Counted from the whole stretch's first letter, positions 12,301 to 23,960 are shown. The stretch: DNA of 63,567 nucleotides, filler included, from Reticulomyxa filosa (GCA_000512085.1; 27 parts of 27 records of this genome joined end to end with filler, not necessarily neighbours in it), one strand, 5' to 3'. The notes: a model not told the origin generated them from the letters alone. Program-made: numbers and translations.

Positions 12301-14248
12301 GAGCTTTGGCAAGTTTTCATACCCCAAAACTTTTTTTCCTCTTGAAAAAACAAAAAAAAGATGAAAAATGCAACTAAACAACACATAAACGGATAATATG
12401 TAGTGCTATATCTAATAATTACTGCAATGGTTTATCTACATTTTTTTAAAAAATTTGAATAATAATGTGTACTTGCTATCAATTTCAACATGTTTATTGT
12501 TTATTTGCTGTTTCTTATTGCTTTCAGATTTCTCTCTTTTGAGAGTTCAGAATAAGCAGAAGGAAACATTGGGAGATAAATGCAAAATGCTTGTTTTGTT
12601 TTTCTTTGCTTTGTTTTTATCTTCTCTCCATAACAGTCTAGGCAGACAGCAATGTAATTTTAAAAAATGAAAAACATAATTTGGCTCAATCTTAGAGGAT
12701 GGCAGCGTGTCCTTGTTGCGACAAAGAAGAATGAGTCACAGTAGCGGCACATATCGGCGACATGTTTATTGGTTATTTGTCGTGCAACTTTGGACTGGGT
12801 TAATTGTCATCGTCTTAACACTACAAATGGTGGTGAATTTAATGTATGTGGTGTGGAACAACTTGAACGGTCAAAATATCAATCGTTATCATGCCCACTT
12901 AGTTAATGGAACATGGATATTGTCTTTATATTTGGTCAAGTTGACATCCTTTTCTAAAACAATGTTCCTCTAAAAAAATTTCACTTATTAAAAAACAAAC
13001 TATTTCAATAGTTAAAAATGAGGCCAATATAGCCATTTCAAATTGTATTCTTTGAAAAGAATAAACCGACTTCGCGAGCAATTGCCTCTTTCTCACACAT
13101 ATGGTGTTGATCAATTATACTTTAGGATAAGTGCCAGAGACTGTCACTAACTGTAATACAAACGTTAATTAAATAATGAAAGAATGAGTGAAGTAAGGTT
13201 TTTAGATAAAGAAAAAATGACTTTTATGTTCCAAGTGAAATTTTATTTATTTATTTTAATCTGTTAAATCAACATGTGAAAAATTTTACATGTTGTCTTG
13301 TGATGATTTTTGGCAATTGCATTTTTGTTCAAAGAAATATAATTACAATAAAGCGTTATAATTTCAATTGTAAAATTCAATATTTCTTTTTTTGATATTT
13401 ATTAAAAACTTATAGTGAATATAGGCTGGTGTGCAAAAACCCAAAAAAACTTTTAAGTTTAAAAAAATATGTCATCTTTGTTGCTTTTCAATTTTTTTAA
13501 AATTACAATTACTAACGCAAAAAATAATAAAAAAAACAAAAAAAATAGACGTAAAAAATTCAAAAAATCAATAAGACAAATACTAATGTTATAGAAAATG
13601 ATAAAAACGTTTGTAAAAAAATGAAATAATGTCAAATTATGTTATGGTTCATATCAAGGTATAATTAAAATGTTAAAAAAAAATCAAATGATGTTTCAAC
13701 AGCAAAAAAAATGAAAATTTGTTTGTTTTTTTTTGCAAAGCCAAATAATCTGACGCACTTAAGAAAGTCCAAATAAGTAATCAGTAATGCTTGTAGCAGA
13801 AAGCAATTAAAGCAAAATTTCATATTGAGTCATTCTTAGTAATTTGCTTCAATAGCTTTGTCAACATCTCTTGAATTAAAGATAGGTTCATTTTAGTATT
13901 GATGAAACATAATAACAAGTCTTTAAACAGTGGTCAAGCAAAACTCAACGCAACTATTTTTAAACTCCTTGAAAAACCTTTAATTTAAAAGATATACAGT
14001 TGATTTGCATGTACTTGAGTCAACTAAAAAGCTAAAAAAAAAAAAAATTTTGATTTAATAAATTTTATTTTCTAAAGTCATTTTCTTTTATTATAACACA
14101 GTAACGCATATTACAATATTAAAAAAAAAAAATTTGCATAAATTAAAAATACAAAAGCACTTAGAATAAATATAAAAAGTTTCTACAGTATTACTGTGTA
14201 AAAAGCAAATATAGATCTAAAAATGATGGCTACATCGCATAAAAAATT

Positions 14249-14354
14249 TTTAAAATGAAAAAATAAAAAAATATGAAATATTTAAATTTAATGCGGCACT
14301 TCAGTGCCGCATTAAGTATAAATATTTCATATTTTTTTATTTTTTCATTTTAAA
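14249..14354. repeat. Long hairpin: 52-bp arms, 2-nt loop, 2 mismatches
   Basis: 14249-14300 is the reverse complement of 14303-14354 except at two positions. Core TTAATGCGGCACT-TC-AGTGCCGCATTAA. Confidence 0.95.
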
Positions 14355-14498
14355 GCGCCCACCTCCNNNNNNNNNNNNNNNNNNNNNNNNNNNNNNNNNN
14401 NNNNNNNNNNTTAATTAATTAANNNNNNNNNNNNNNNNNNNNNNNNNNNNNNNNNNNNNNNNNNNNCCCTTTTTTTATTATTAAATTTTTGTTTTACT

Positions 14499-14861
14499 TG
14501 AATCCTTCGCTATTTTCAAGGATAGCCACACCGGTACCAAATTTTTGCAACGTTGCTCGCAATTGCGAAAAACACAGCTCGATTTTTTTTTCACTTGTTA
14601 TCATCTGCGACTTTGCTGGCTCTTTTGATGTTCTTTTTGTTGGTAAAATGCTCCTTTAAATGTCTTGGACAACGTTCGCGCTGCTACTTCTGCTGCTGTC
14701 TCTTCTTTGTGCTGCTTTTTTCCAATTAGTTCTGTGAAGTGTGTGTCGCTTGCACGGGTTACCAACGAGGAGTAGGCATGTTGAAATAATAATGCCACTG
14801 GCTCTTTCTTACAAATTGAATAGGGTAAAATGCCGACAAAATCCGATTTTTTTTGTGGCAT
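14499..14861 (-). CDS. Nudix-fold-like protein with degenerate Nudix box (5' part; one probable homopolymer frameshift near 14625)
   Basis: FVGILPYSICKKEPVALLF...FTELIGKKQHKEETAAEVAARTLSKTFKG resembles Nudix strand A plus the GX5EX7REUXEEXGU box without its glutamates. Adding one A continues the frame into EPAKSQMITSEKKIELCFSQLRATLQKFGTGVAILENSEGF, then a GT donor. Confidence 0.45.
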
Positions 14862-15248
14862 TTTGACTTTATTTTATGCACAGAAGCGAAACTCTACCCT
14901 AAACTTACTTTCTGAGGGACCTTCTCTTTGTCTTGTGGACGGTTGCAGTTTGCGGTACACAGCGTGATAAACTTTCTCGAAGCATATTTAATTGTTTTAC
15001 TTGTGTAGGTGTACACATTTTAAAATTAACGCTTTATACCGCATACTTTTGCAACGAGAACGTTAAGAGGCCCTTATCATTTTTTGCCTCAAAAAACACA
15101 TTCTCCAAATCTCTTCTCGTGCTGTTCCTCACAACTATTGAATTTCTAGTTATCATTGGGATAGATTTGGTGAAAGAAGTAAGAAAAAAACCAGAGAAAA
15201 TATTTGAATCAAGTGCGTTGAGTCTTGTTCAAGACGAGAAGTGGAGAG

Positions 15249-15891
15249 ATGTCGTACGATGAGCAAACACGAAGATTTGTGGAAGAGAGTGCAAAAAAAC
15301 GAATTGAGCAAAGCTTGGCTTCCTTTCATGCAGGATTACAACAAATAGACTTGAATGTGAGCAAAGCAGAGAAAACGTACAAACCCTGCCCTTTCCCCTT
15401 TCCAAAAAACAAAACAAAACAAAATTAAACAAGTATGATTTTTTATTTGTGATTGGATCCTTTAGATCAATGTTTTCCCTCTCAAGGACAAACTTGAAGA
15501 ATGGTATGTTTTTTTATTTATTTATTTTTCCAAAAAAAAAAAAAAAAGTTGGGAGTATGTGTATGTGTGCACATTTTTTTTGTAACAATTTAGTAAATTA
15601 AGTTTTTTTTTTTTTTTTGATTGTTGTCTATGTGTGTGTGTGTGTGTATGGTGTGTTTTATTAAATAATTGACCGTGGATCAACTTAAAAGGCATTTTAA
15701 CATATGGCCAAAAAGTGGCAAATTTGCGAGTTTGTGCATTCACGGAACACTTGAGTTTCCACGAGAATATCCCATGAAACCGCCCAATATCGAAATTATG
15801 TCACCTATTTCCACCCCTCAGGCTCCTTTCAGCCATTCTTGCGTCATGGACGTCAACCATAAACTTATTGTCAAATTACCAATGCTTCAAT
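15249..15891 (+). CDS. Ubiquitin-conjugating enzyme (UBC/E2)-fold protein, probably an inactive variant; exons 15249-15356, 15466-15503, 15692-15891; cut by contig end
   Basis: Spliced product INVFPLKDKLEEWHFNIWPKSGKFASLCIHGTLEFPREYPMKPPNIEIMSP...FSHSCVMDVNHKLIVKLPMLQ carries the UBC W..I.P..G and L.FP..YP..PP motifs. Confidence 0.8.
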
Positions 15892-16049
15892 GTAAGCAAC
15901 ATTTGAGTGACGCTCAAAATAAAACAAACAAACAAACAAGCAAAAAAAANNNNNNNNNNNNNNNNNNNNNNNNNNNNNNNNNNNNNNNNNNNNTTAATTA
16001 ATTAANNNNNNNNNNNNNNNNNNNNNNNNNNNNNNNNNNNNNNNNNNNN

Positions 16050-16088
<39 letters not shown>

Positions 16089-16089
<1 letters not shown>

Positions 16090-16260
16090 TTGAGAGTGAA
16101 AAAGGAAGCATTGCAGAACGAAGAATCAAAATACAGAGAAGAGTTACGGATAAAACGGGAAAAAGAAAAAGAAGAAGAAGAAGAACGGAAACGACAAGAA
16201 CAACAACGACTACAAGAAATGATGGCTTCGAACAATGACACTAATAATAATAGTAATAGC

Positions 16261-16315
<55 letters not shown>

Positions 16316-17328
16316 TCGAATCACAACAAATGGATAAAAAACATTCATCCGTCCTCCAACAGCAGCAAGACAATGAAATAGCAAAAGAAGAGTTTCCCTA
16401 TCCTGAAGAATACAGACCACCAGATGTATGGTCAATCTGTTTAGTTGTTTTTGTTTTTTGTTGTAAAAAGGGACTAATATTTTGATTAGTGCATCGAATG
16501 AGACGCGCTTGCATCTATTCGTCTGATTTCAATTAGCCATCTGCACTGCCATACGAACACAATCGAAATAGCCCAAGGTCGGTGACAAACGTGATACGCA
16601 AGAGACGCGTGACTCACAAAGCGAGGACTTTCCTTATCCAGAACAGTACCGTCATGTTGAAGAAACACATGACATTGACAAAGAGGAAGAGGATCGACAT
16701 CAACATCGTGATATCGATGAGAACAATGACAACAATGATGATGATGACGACGATGGTATGCCAAACAATATTCGGCAATCTTTTCTTCTTTTATGGGGGG
16801 GGGAGGGGGAACATTTGTATTGATGTGTATTTGTTATTGCATATTTTGTCAATAGATGAAGATCTGTCGGACAGACTATCATTGTTGGAGAGAGTGTACG
16901 ATTGGGCAATCGTATGGCTACGTTGGATCGGAGTCAAACTATCACTTGATGTGGATAAACACTTTCCAATTATTCATCGTCCAATGACACACAAACATGA
17001 CAAAATTTCACCTCGTCACATCCATCATAAACATAACGAACCTTTGGAAGATACCCCTTTCACACAAGGTGTTTCTTCGTTTTTGTTTCTGCTATATATT
17101 TGTTACTTTTATTGTATTAGATCCCAATCACTTGTGTATGCTAATGATTCGCACGCGGGGTCAACAGCTGCTCGAGAAGCCAGAGATGCGTGGCATACTG
17201 CTGATACCACACTTCGTAATTTAAAAAAAGAAATGGATGAGATCAACAGTTTTTTAGAAATTGATTTTGGTCCAGACAATATTTTTGCTGCATTATTTGA
17301 TCAATGCTTTGAAAAAACCATTCAACAG
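16089..17328 (+). CDS. PRKCSH: Glucosidase II beta subunit (PRKCSH-like), internal multi-exon fragment
   Basis: Coiled-coil and acidic central region, then AREARDAWHTADTTLRNLKKEMDEINSFLEIDFGPDNIFAALFDQCFEK, the typical lead-in to the MRH domain. Confidence 0.8.
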
Positions 17329-17499
17329 TTTTTCATTTTTTTTTTTNNNNNNNNNNNNNNNNNNNNNNNNNNNNNNNNNNNNNNNNNNNNTTAATTAATT
17401 AANNNNNNNNNNNNNNNNNNNNNNNNNNNNNNNNNNNNNNNNNNNNTATATATGTATATATATATGTATATATGTATACATATATATGTACATATATAA

Positions 17500-18479
17500 A
17501 TGTATGAATTGTATTCCAAAAAGGGTGAAGAACGTGCAATATTTTCAAGCGATTTGTCCGTGTTTGGTGATATGGACATGAACGAATTGAAAGGATTTTT
17601 AAAGGATGTGGACGAAGAGAATCACGCGCTTATTCATGAGTACAATGCAAATAAGAAGAACTCGATTGCGGCGGCACAAGGGAGCGACACGGCCACCAAG
17701 ATTCAAATTGCAATTCAAGACCTTGATCAGCACAGCGGCGAAGAAGAAAAGACCAATGGTCCGTTGACACCGCCCTCACCGCCTACGCGCCCTAGTGTCA
17801 TACCCACCACGCCTACGCGCCCTAGTGTCATACCCACCACGCCTACGCCGTCGCCCATCTCCTCGCCAACACCAACGCCAATGCCGATATCGAAAGCCAG
17901 CAAGGTCAAGTCCAAGGTAAAGGCAAAGGCAAAGGCGAAGGCCAAGATCAAGGCCAAGATCAAGGCCAAGTCCAAATCCAAGTCCAAGTCCAAGTCCAGA
18001 GCCAAGTCGAAAGAAAAAGAGAAAGAGAAAGACAAAGAAGAAAAAGAAGAAGAAAAGGAAAGAGAGAATGAAAGAGTAGACATAATGACAAAGATAAGCG
18101 AAGAGCCGACCATTACACTCGAGGATCAAAAGACAATCGAAGAAAAGGAAGAGCAAAAGATTGAAATACAAGACGACGTGATAGACATTCCGTCGCCACA
18201 ATCTCCAGTGATTCAGGTCTTGCCAACCTCACCCTTCAACCCAAGCACAAATGAGAACATACATGCAAATGTAAGTGAAAATACGAATGAAAATGAACAC
18301 GAGAATGAAAATCAAGATCAACACTGTGATCAAAGTGAAAGTAGCAAGCAAGAGCAAAGTGAAAAGAATGACATAGCAGAGGAATCGACCCCATCGAAAC
18401 AGATGATGAAAAAGATGAAAAAGAAGAAGGAGAAGAAGAAGGAGAAAGAGAAGAAAGAGAAGAAAGAGAAGAAGAAGAT
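17500..18479 (+). CDS. Low-complexity Pro/Thr-, Lys/Ala/Ser- and Glu-rich protein fragment with N-terminal coiled segment
   Basis: Open frame of about 326 codons to the contig end, with a 30-bp tandem duplication encoding PTRPSVIPTT twice. Confidence 0.65.
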
Positions 18480-19129
18480 NNNNNNNNNNNNNNNNNNNNN
18501 NNNNNNNNNNNNNNNNNNNNNNNTTAATTAATTAANNNNNNNNNNNNNNNNNNNNNNNNNNNNNNNNNNNNNNNNNNNNAATTGAATCTCAATATTTCAC
18601 TGAGACTTCAACACTTCGAAAACAAGGCTCAGAGGATTCGGTTGAGCATTGGCATAGCCAAATTTGTTTTTACAACCGTTGATTGATCTCGCCGTACAAC
18701 CTTTGATTTTATTTGTTTTTTTTTTTTGATATTTTAAAGATTAAATTAAAATTTAAAATTTTTTTTTCATTTATTGTTGATTGTGCGTGAGTTTTTGATA
18801 TGTTTTGTTGATCTTTTCCTTTTTTCGTTTGTTTTTATTAGAGTACTGGTTCCTTTTGGGACGAGGTGCTCATTTTAACTTGGATAAGATTTCACTCTTG
18901 CTAAAAAAAAAAAAATTGTCATATTCTATCTTTGAGGAAGCTATCCAACTAATACATTCTTCATTTTAATCCAAATTATATCTCATATGCTGATGATGTT
19001 CATATGATACTCAATTGTTATCAAATGATGAATAAATAAATTCAGTCATTCGTAATAACAATTCTGATGTGTTGTGTCAAGATTGAAATCCCGTTTGATG
19101 ATCCTTTCTAATAACTGTAAAAAAAAAAA

Positions 19130-19495
19130 TAATAATATTTATCCACTTCATCATTAATATTAACTTTTCTTAAAAAGTTGTATTTTGAAAGAGATTGCGG
19201 TTGGAAGTAACTTTAAACTATTTTGTTACCCTTTGGCAACATTTTTTGTTGCAGTTTATTTTTGGGGGGCTTCGTCGGTTCCGTATCTAGTGTGACTTTG
19301 AGAGGTGGAAGTGCTTTTAAACTTACCTTAAGTGTACCGAGGTACAAACTCCTGGTAACTGAGATAGTAACTCTTTTACTGGAACGGCGACTTGTGAGAG
19401 GGTAAGAGTGTTCGACTTTCGGGAAATTAGCATTCTCGAGGCATACCAGTCTTTTATGTTTGCAAAACCGAAACCCACTCGCTGATAACAAAAAA
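19130..19495 (+). mobile_element. Modular non-coding repeat, copy A (internally deleted, ends in an A-run)
   Basis: Collinear with the reverse complements of 21672-22310 and 23398-23960: TATTAACTTTTCTTAAAAAGTTGTATTTTGAAAGAG, TTTTGTTACCCTTTGGCAAC, CAAACTCCTGGTAACTG, CAAAACCGAAAC. Confidence 0.75.
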
Positions 19496-19990
19496 AATAT
19501 ATATATATTATCGTCATTAACGATCGTCGTTAAAAATCGTCAAGATTATCTCGAAATCACTTCAAGTAAACTTAGAACAAGTAGATATATCGATATATCT
19601 CAAAATCGTCGAAAAGTCAAGTCGTTTCAACACAACAAGAATCTTCAAGTTAAAGTCCGAAATTTTTTTTTACTAGTAAAATTAATTTTTATAGTGATTA
19701 AAAAATTTTTTTATAGTAGTTGGATTTTTGTGATATTGTTAGTATTGTGGTTTTTAACCTTTNNNNNNNNNNNNNNNNNNNNNNNNNNNNNNNNNNNNNN
19801 NNNNNNTTAATTAATTAANNNNNNNNNNNNNNNNNNNNNNNNNNNNNNNNNNNNNNNNNNNNCGTTCATTAAAAACAAATAGCATAGAAAAATAATAAAT
19901 TGCACTCTTTATTGAAATATTTTTTTCATTTGTTGTCTTGCATTTGTCAGTCAAAGTCAAAGTAAACTTTGAAGAAAGTACAATACGCAA

Positions 19991-21180
19991 ATGGAGTCCC
20001 TATTTACAAGGTTGAGTTGCTTACCTAACATAAGCGGCAGTGCTCAATACGTACTACACCAACATGAAATCATTGTTTGTGCAGGCCGTGATAGAAATTG
20101 TTATTCTTGTGCTAGGTCAACAAATAAACATAATTTTATTTGTAAGTATCCTAGTTATTTTGATGTAGCTGGACACTGTGTAGTGAAATTTACAGATAAT
20201 AGTAATAACAACAAAGATACAAATGAAATTACTTTGCTAGCTTTTGACGCACACAGGAAGCATGTATTGATGATGAAATATGTAAGCGTCTGGAATAAAG
20301 AAAACACATCAAAGATATCATTAAAGAATTATAATGAATGGGTTTTTTTCAAAGACGATCACAATAATCCAATCTTTATTGGGGGGATTACAACTCATTA
20401 TAATGGATTGCGTGCAGTAATTGGTGGAAACAATAATCATTTGCTATTTATCACTTATTATCCAAAAAATATTGACGTGTTTAATTTAAATACACGTCAA
20501 TTTATTAAACAAGAAAATTTACCAATTAATGATGAGACATATTTTAATTGTTTTGTGTTAAATGCGAAGAATGCAAATAACGACAAAATACAAAAAGGAA
20601 AAAATGAAATGTGGCTATTTTATAACAACAAAGGGTTGTCTATTGAATATGATGAAGATAATAATACATTTAAATTTTATAATATTCGTGTTTGCACAAA
20701 TCTCAAATCACTTTTTGATATGCATATATTTGTGTTAATGATTGTATTTTGGTTTTTTTGGAGGGAGAAATGATAATTTTGATATTTCGAGTAGTATCTA
20801 TAAATATTCAATTACTAGAAATCAATGGATGATATCAAGGCGAGGCTTGGCTACTAAGTTGTACAATTGTGTTGCTGTATTAAGTGAGGATAATAAATTT
20901 GTGCACATTCTCGGAGCGTTTGATAAAAATGCAAGGCCCCCCGAGATACTTCTGTGCTGAAACCAGTGAAAGTGATGAACATACGTATTGGATTAAAAGA
21001 AATTTAAAAAAAGAAAGAGAGGTGGATTGGGTTGCAATTCATATAAAAACGAAAGTGGAAGAATGGACGAAAGAAGATGAAAAAAAATGGACCATTGAAA
21101 GTGAAGAAGAGCTAGAAATTCAAGAAATTAAATGTGAATTGAAAGACATAGGAAATGGCTTAGATATTAAAAATCTGAAA
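19991..21180 (+). CDS. Kelch-like beta-propeller protein (frameshifts near 20710-20760 and 20940; sequencing error or pseudogene), cut after a phase-0 donor at 21181
   Basis: GHCVV, MMKYVSVW, RAVIGGNNNHLLFITYYPKNIDVFNL, FFGG, IYKYSITRNQW and KTKVEEW are Kelch-like GG/Y/W blade motifs shared with 52381-52760 and 57666-58003. Confidence 0.8.
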
Positions 21181-21332
21181 GTTAAGTGGTGTGATTTGTT
21201 TTGTTTGTGTGAAGGGATGTTTGTGAGATACCNNNNNNNNNNNNNNNNNNNNNNNNNNNNNNNNNNNNNNNNNNNNTTAATTAATTAANNNNNNNNNNNN
21301 NNNNNNNNNNNNNNNNNNNNNNNNNNNNNNNN

Positions 21333-21600
21333 TCTTCAGTCTTGGATAAAAGCACCTTGACAATTGGCATCTTATGGACTCGTTTAACTTCTTATATTTG
21401 ATATCAATAACCTTCCAATGTCTCCTTGATTTTACAATCGCTTTCGCGTCTTTCTTTTTATTGGCTATTCGCCTTGTGCCATTTCCAATGCCACCATGCA
21501 TACTGTCATTTGATAGTTCACTAGTGGCAGACATGCTCAAAAGTGTAGTTAGCATGTCTGCCTTATCATTAGATTGAATTCTTGAACCAATTCCAAGTGA
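21333..21600 (-). pseudogene. Basic ORF fragment downstream of repeat copy B (possible retroelement ORF1 N-terminus)
   Basis: The 21277-21555 frame follows the conserved non-coding module in the same orientation; no RT or endonuclease motif is visible. Confidence 0.35.
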
Positions 21601-21671
21601 GGTATTTTATCCCAACATGGCTTGCAGTATAGCCGATTATGGTTAAAATACCTTGCCTCGGCCGTCACAAG

Positions 21672-22310
21672 CCTTGTTATCAGCTAGTGAGTTTCGGTTT
21701 TGCCTGAGGTTCAGTAGAAGTTACCCGATCCTCGGAGTTCTGCCAAACTCAAAAGACTGGTATTTGCCTCGAGAATTCTTAATTTCCCGAAAGCGTCGAA
21801 CACTCTTAATGCTAAACAAGGATCGATACCATCTCATACAAGCCGCTCGTTGCCAGTAAAAGAGTTAATATCTCAGTTACCAGGAGTTTGCAAATCGGTA
21901 CACTAAAGCAACTGAGGACAAGATACGCGGTAAGTTTAAAAGCACTTCTATCTCACACACTAGATGCTGAACCGACGACTTTTTTTTTTTTGAACCGACG
22001 GCGAAACACTCAAAAATAAACTGCAACAAAAAACGTTGCCAAAGGGTAACAAAATAGTTTACAATCACACTCCAGCCACAATCTCACAAAATCCAAATAA
22101 AAAAATTTTTACTAGTTAAAAATTTTCTAGTTAGAATTTTCTTTCTTTCTTGGTCGAAACTTTCTTGGACTATACGACGTTTGAAATACTTTACCCTTCA
22201 AAACTTAAGAGATGTCGATGTATCTTGACACTTCCAGCCGCAATCTCTTTCAAAATACAACTTTTTAAGAAAAGTTAATATTAATGATGAATGGGATAAA
22301 TATTAATTTA
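21672..22310 (-). mobile_element. Modular non-coding repeat, copy B (most complete)
   Basis: Contains all blocks of copy A plus extra segments, several also present in copy C. Confidence 0.75.
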
Positions 22311-22316
22311 TTTTTT

Positions 22317-22850
22317 TTATTTTTTTTTTCCAATTGTTATTGATGTTGGAAATGCACAAATACCGTCTTCCAAGTCATTGAAAATGTATTTTCTTTGATC
22401 ATCGTTGCTAATGTCTTTCCTTTTTTCCCAAATATCTTCAATATCGATGTCTGTAGCTTCAATTGATGTCCATTTACAGAGCCAATCACCACTTTTGGAA
22501 AATTCTTGCAGAAAAATTCCTTGCTTACTTTCATTTTCTGCTTCTAAATGTTCTTTTCGCTTATCTCTTCGTTTTTCTTTTCTTCTTTTTATTCTTGTTG
22601 CTCTTTCAATCGATTTCTTGTTTGTTCTGAACTGAGATTGCATTCAATTCAGAATGTCTCATCTTTTTGTCCATTGTTCCAGTGATAGAATTATCTTCGA
22701 CTTCGGATAATCTTCTCTTGCGATTTTTCCTTGACAGATCGATTGATGAACGTTTTCCATTATTTGCCAATGCTTTTTCATTATCCATTTTTGCGTCCAT
22801 GTTCATATCTAAATCCATTGTTGCAATTTCTTTGATCGATTATCCATTGA
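22317..22850 (-). pseudogene. Frameshifted Lys/Arg-rich ORF1/gag-like relic ending in an A-rich run
   Basis: Overlapping fragments MDLDMNMDAKMDNEK..KNRKRRLSEVEDNS, RKEKRRDKRK and KTVFVHFQ lie downstream of repeat copies C/D and abut the head of copy B. Confidence 0.4.
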
Positions 22851-23239
22851 ATTTATCTAATTTTTAATTAATGAATTAGGGTTTGGCAATCTGTTTAATG
22901 ATGTTCCTGTTGTTGTCTTTGTTAGTATTATTTCCCTCTGGTGCTTGCGACAGACGACTGCATCTTTGTTTTGAATAGAAGTCAAAAGTTTTAAAGCTCC
23001 GGATAGCCTTTTTTTTAGTCGCAAAATACGTGCTGAAAAAAGCATAACTTCTTTTATGAGACTGTTTCTAGGCCTGAGTATAGCAGCTCTCGATTACGTC
23101 TGCTAAGGGAATATATTCAGCCCCGTAACAACTTCATTGAAAAATGATGGCGGTAAGCCTTGCTGAACGGCTTTCTTGTTATCACCACACTCGATAAGAG
23201 ACTCTTTCTTTTAACCACACGTGCCTCAAAGTACCCTGC

Positions 23240-23960
23240 CCAAATAAACTGCAACAAATAAGTTGCCAAAAAATAACAAAAGGGTTAAAGACACTCAACT
23301 GTACAATATTTACACGATAAAAAAAAATTTATATCTCTATACTACTATAAAAATTTCAAGTAGTAAAAACAAAGTTTCTTTGTTCTTGGTTTTCTTCTAG
23401 CTATTAGGTTTCGGTTTTGACCAAGGTTCAGTAGAAGTACCCGACCCTCTTAGTTCTGCCAAACATAAAGACCGAGATTGCCAATTTCTCAAGGCGTCGG
23501 ATACTCTTAAGGCAAGTCGCCCGTTTCCAATAAAAGGGTTACTATCCAGTTACCAGGAGTTTGCACCTTGTTACTCTTAAAGCAAGTGAGGTTAATATAC
23601 GCGTGAAGTTTAAAATGCACTTACACATCTCAAAATCACACAGATGCTGAACCGGCGATGATACCCCCGAAAATGAATTGCAACAAAAAAAATGTTACTA
23701 AAAAGGTAACAAAAGGGACGAAGTCACAATACACTAACAATATTACAAAATCCGACTCTATAAAAAACTTTATATCACTATTAAAAAATTTCTTGAATTT
23801 TTTTCACTTTTCTCGATCTCCGAAATTTCTTGGCCACTGAAATCTTTAATCGCTCGATTTCAAAACCACTTAGATTATGAAGATCTTGCAGATTCAAACA
23901 TTTTTCGCCTTCGAAATATACAACTTTTTTGACAAAAGTTAATACGATGATGAAGTGATT
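23240..23960 (-). mobile_element. Modular non-coding repeat, copy C (23960-23398) followed by partial copy D (23385-23240)
   Basis: Same ordered blocks as A and B with more substitutions; D repeats only the AT-rich spacer and the GCAAC..GTTGC hairpin. Confidence 0.7.

Noticed and set aside
9850-13200. Short ORFs (10350-10673, 12707-12973 and others) as genes
   Set aside because: Fragmented by stops with no recognisable motif; probably old pseudogene debris that I cannot assign.
16002-18201. Antisense ORFs with poly-Leu, poly-Tyr or poly-Phe (also opposite 40038-42098, 44806-46356 and 55125-56621)
   Set aside because: Shadow frames of low-complexity coding sequence on the other strand.
19440-19495. 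Hammerhead ribozyme suggested by GAAAC and CTGATAA in the repeat
   Set aside because: The core CUGANGA is not matched, the required stems are missing, and copy C lacks CTGATAA.
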